Positions 62,412-63,283 of a stretch of DNA of 63,283 nucleotides are shown piece after piece. Position numbers and translations under genes: made by a program. Origin of the DNA: Obrimoposthia wandeli. Taxonomy: Eukaryota. Position 1 is the first letter of the stretch; each line of letters begins with the position of its first letter. The stretch spans positions 372,001 through 435,283 of the forward strand of contig CDROCS010002422.1 of NCBI GenBank assembly GCA_977020255.1, read 5' to 3'. Below the pieces are notes generated by a model. That model was not told the origin of the DNA. It made no database searches and was given only the letters and a program-made list of their open reading frames with translations.

Positions 62412-62544
62412 AGCTTGGCAATGACCTACGTATCCCTAGGGGAGACCCCACACTACCATCGGCGAAAATCGTTTCACTTCTAAGTGCCACGGCGGATAGA
62501 GTGACGGGATTGCGTAAAACACAGCGCTATAATTAACAGAGCTT
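62412..62544 (-). rRNA. rrf: 5S rRNA-like copy 1 (divergent 5' domain)
   Basis: Minus strand contains AGAAGTGAAACG, CGCCGATGGTAGTGTGGGGTCTCCCC, GTAGGTCATTGCCAAGC. Confidence 0.7.
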
Positions 62545-62615
62545 TAACTACTTATTTTGTGGGTACTGAATGAAAAAAACCCCAAGCACTTAACAGTACT
62601 TGGGTTCATCGAATA

Positions 62616-62748
62616 AAGCTTACAATGACCTACGTATCCCTAGGAGACCTTTGCGCCACCACCATCGGCGCCAAATCGTTTCACTTAAAAGCCATGATAA
62701 AGAGGGATGGATTGTTTCGTAAAAAACAGCTGTTAACCAAGTAAGCTT
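62616..62748 (-). rRNA. rrf: 5S rRNA-like copy 2 (more divergent)
   Basis: AAGTGAAACG, CGCCGATGGT, GGTCTCC, GTAGGTCATTG. Its ends form a perfect 8-bp helix AAGCTTAC/GTAAGCTT. Confidence 0.55.
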
Positions 62749-62818
62749 TAACTACTTTTTTTAGTACCTCAAATGAAAAAACCCCAAGCACTTCACAGTA
62801 CTTGGGTTCATCGAATAA

Positions 62819-62925
62819 AGCTTGCAATGACCTACTTCTCATGGGAGACCTTCACACTACCATCAAAAGCAATCGCTTCATTTCTGAGTTCGAGCGGATC
62901 AGGTATCCAATTAAGTTGCCAAACA
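62819..62925 (-). rRNA. rrf: 5S rRNA-like copy 3 (canonical layout, many small deletions)
   Basis: TGTTTGGC...ACCTGATCC...GAACTCAGAA...GATGGTAGTGTG...GTAGGTCATTGC. Confidence 0.65.
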
Positions 62926-63148
62926 TAAACTGTGACTTTTTCGTAGACGAAAATAAAGAATATGGTTAAATTGGTACGTAACGCCGCGCAGTGATCAAAC
63001 CAAAGAAATATGTTGAACCGTTTCCTATAATCTGGACTTCGATGTCGCTTTATTAGAGTTATAGATAATTTCTTTTATGTAGTTAAACTCAACAACCCTA
63101 ATGCATTTTATCTTAATACGTTTACCAATCTTCCAAACGCCTTGTTAT

Positions 63149-63283
63149 ATGGTCAAGCTCACGAGCTGAGCAATTAGTATTGGTTAGCTCAAGACCCCAT
63201 GAAATTTACACACCCAACTGAATTACGCCTGTGATGTCTTAAATACCTTAGAATTCCATAACATAAATTGAACGAAGTTATAC
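63149..63283 (-). rRNA. rrl: 3' end of 23S rRNA, degenerate or error-rich, cut by window edge
   Basis: Plus strand ATGGTCAAGC...GCAATTAGTATTGGTTAGCTCAA...TTACACACCCAA matches the reverse complement of the conserved 23S 3' end. Confidence 0.75.

Noticed and set aside
62366-62925. CRISPR array or novel tandem repeat
   Set aside because: The period is about 205 bp, the spacers are homologous and match 5S rRNA, and there are no cas genes.

Overview
A 63.3 kb, AT-rich chromosomal window that looks like a marine gammaproteobacterium. It is mostly accessory metabolism. In order, it carries a PLP decarboxylase (truncated by the window edge), nitrilase, moxR-DUF58-tgpA, two c-di-GMP genes, glpR/glpK, a haem-uptake operon (hemP-TBDR-hmuSTUV), a six-gene TonB system, a phosphonate-monoester-hydrolase-like enzyme and a hydroxyproline-type catabolic cluster with a Ser/Cys proline-racemase homologue. 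The main feature is a complete iodate-reductase-type operon (idrP2-idrP1-idrB-idrA). It is flanked by a monohaem cytochrome c and a divergent 845-aa HEAT-repeat gene. Features the ORF track misses: hemP; two near-identical Fur-like boxes; two inverted copies of a 152-bp MITE, each with a 9-bp target duplication; several integron attC-like sites with small cassettes and no integrase; three tandem 5S-rRNA-like units, each with its own terminator; and a degenerate 23S 3' end at the right edge. That edge may be poor-quality assembly. All calls come from motif recognition by eye. No searches were run.
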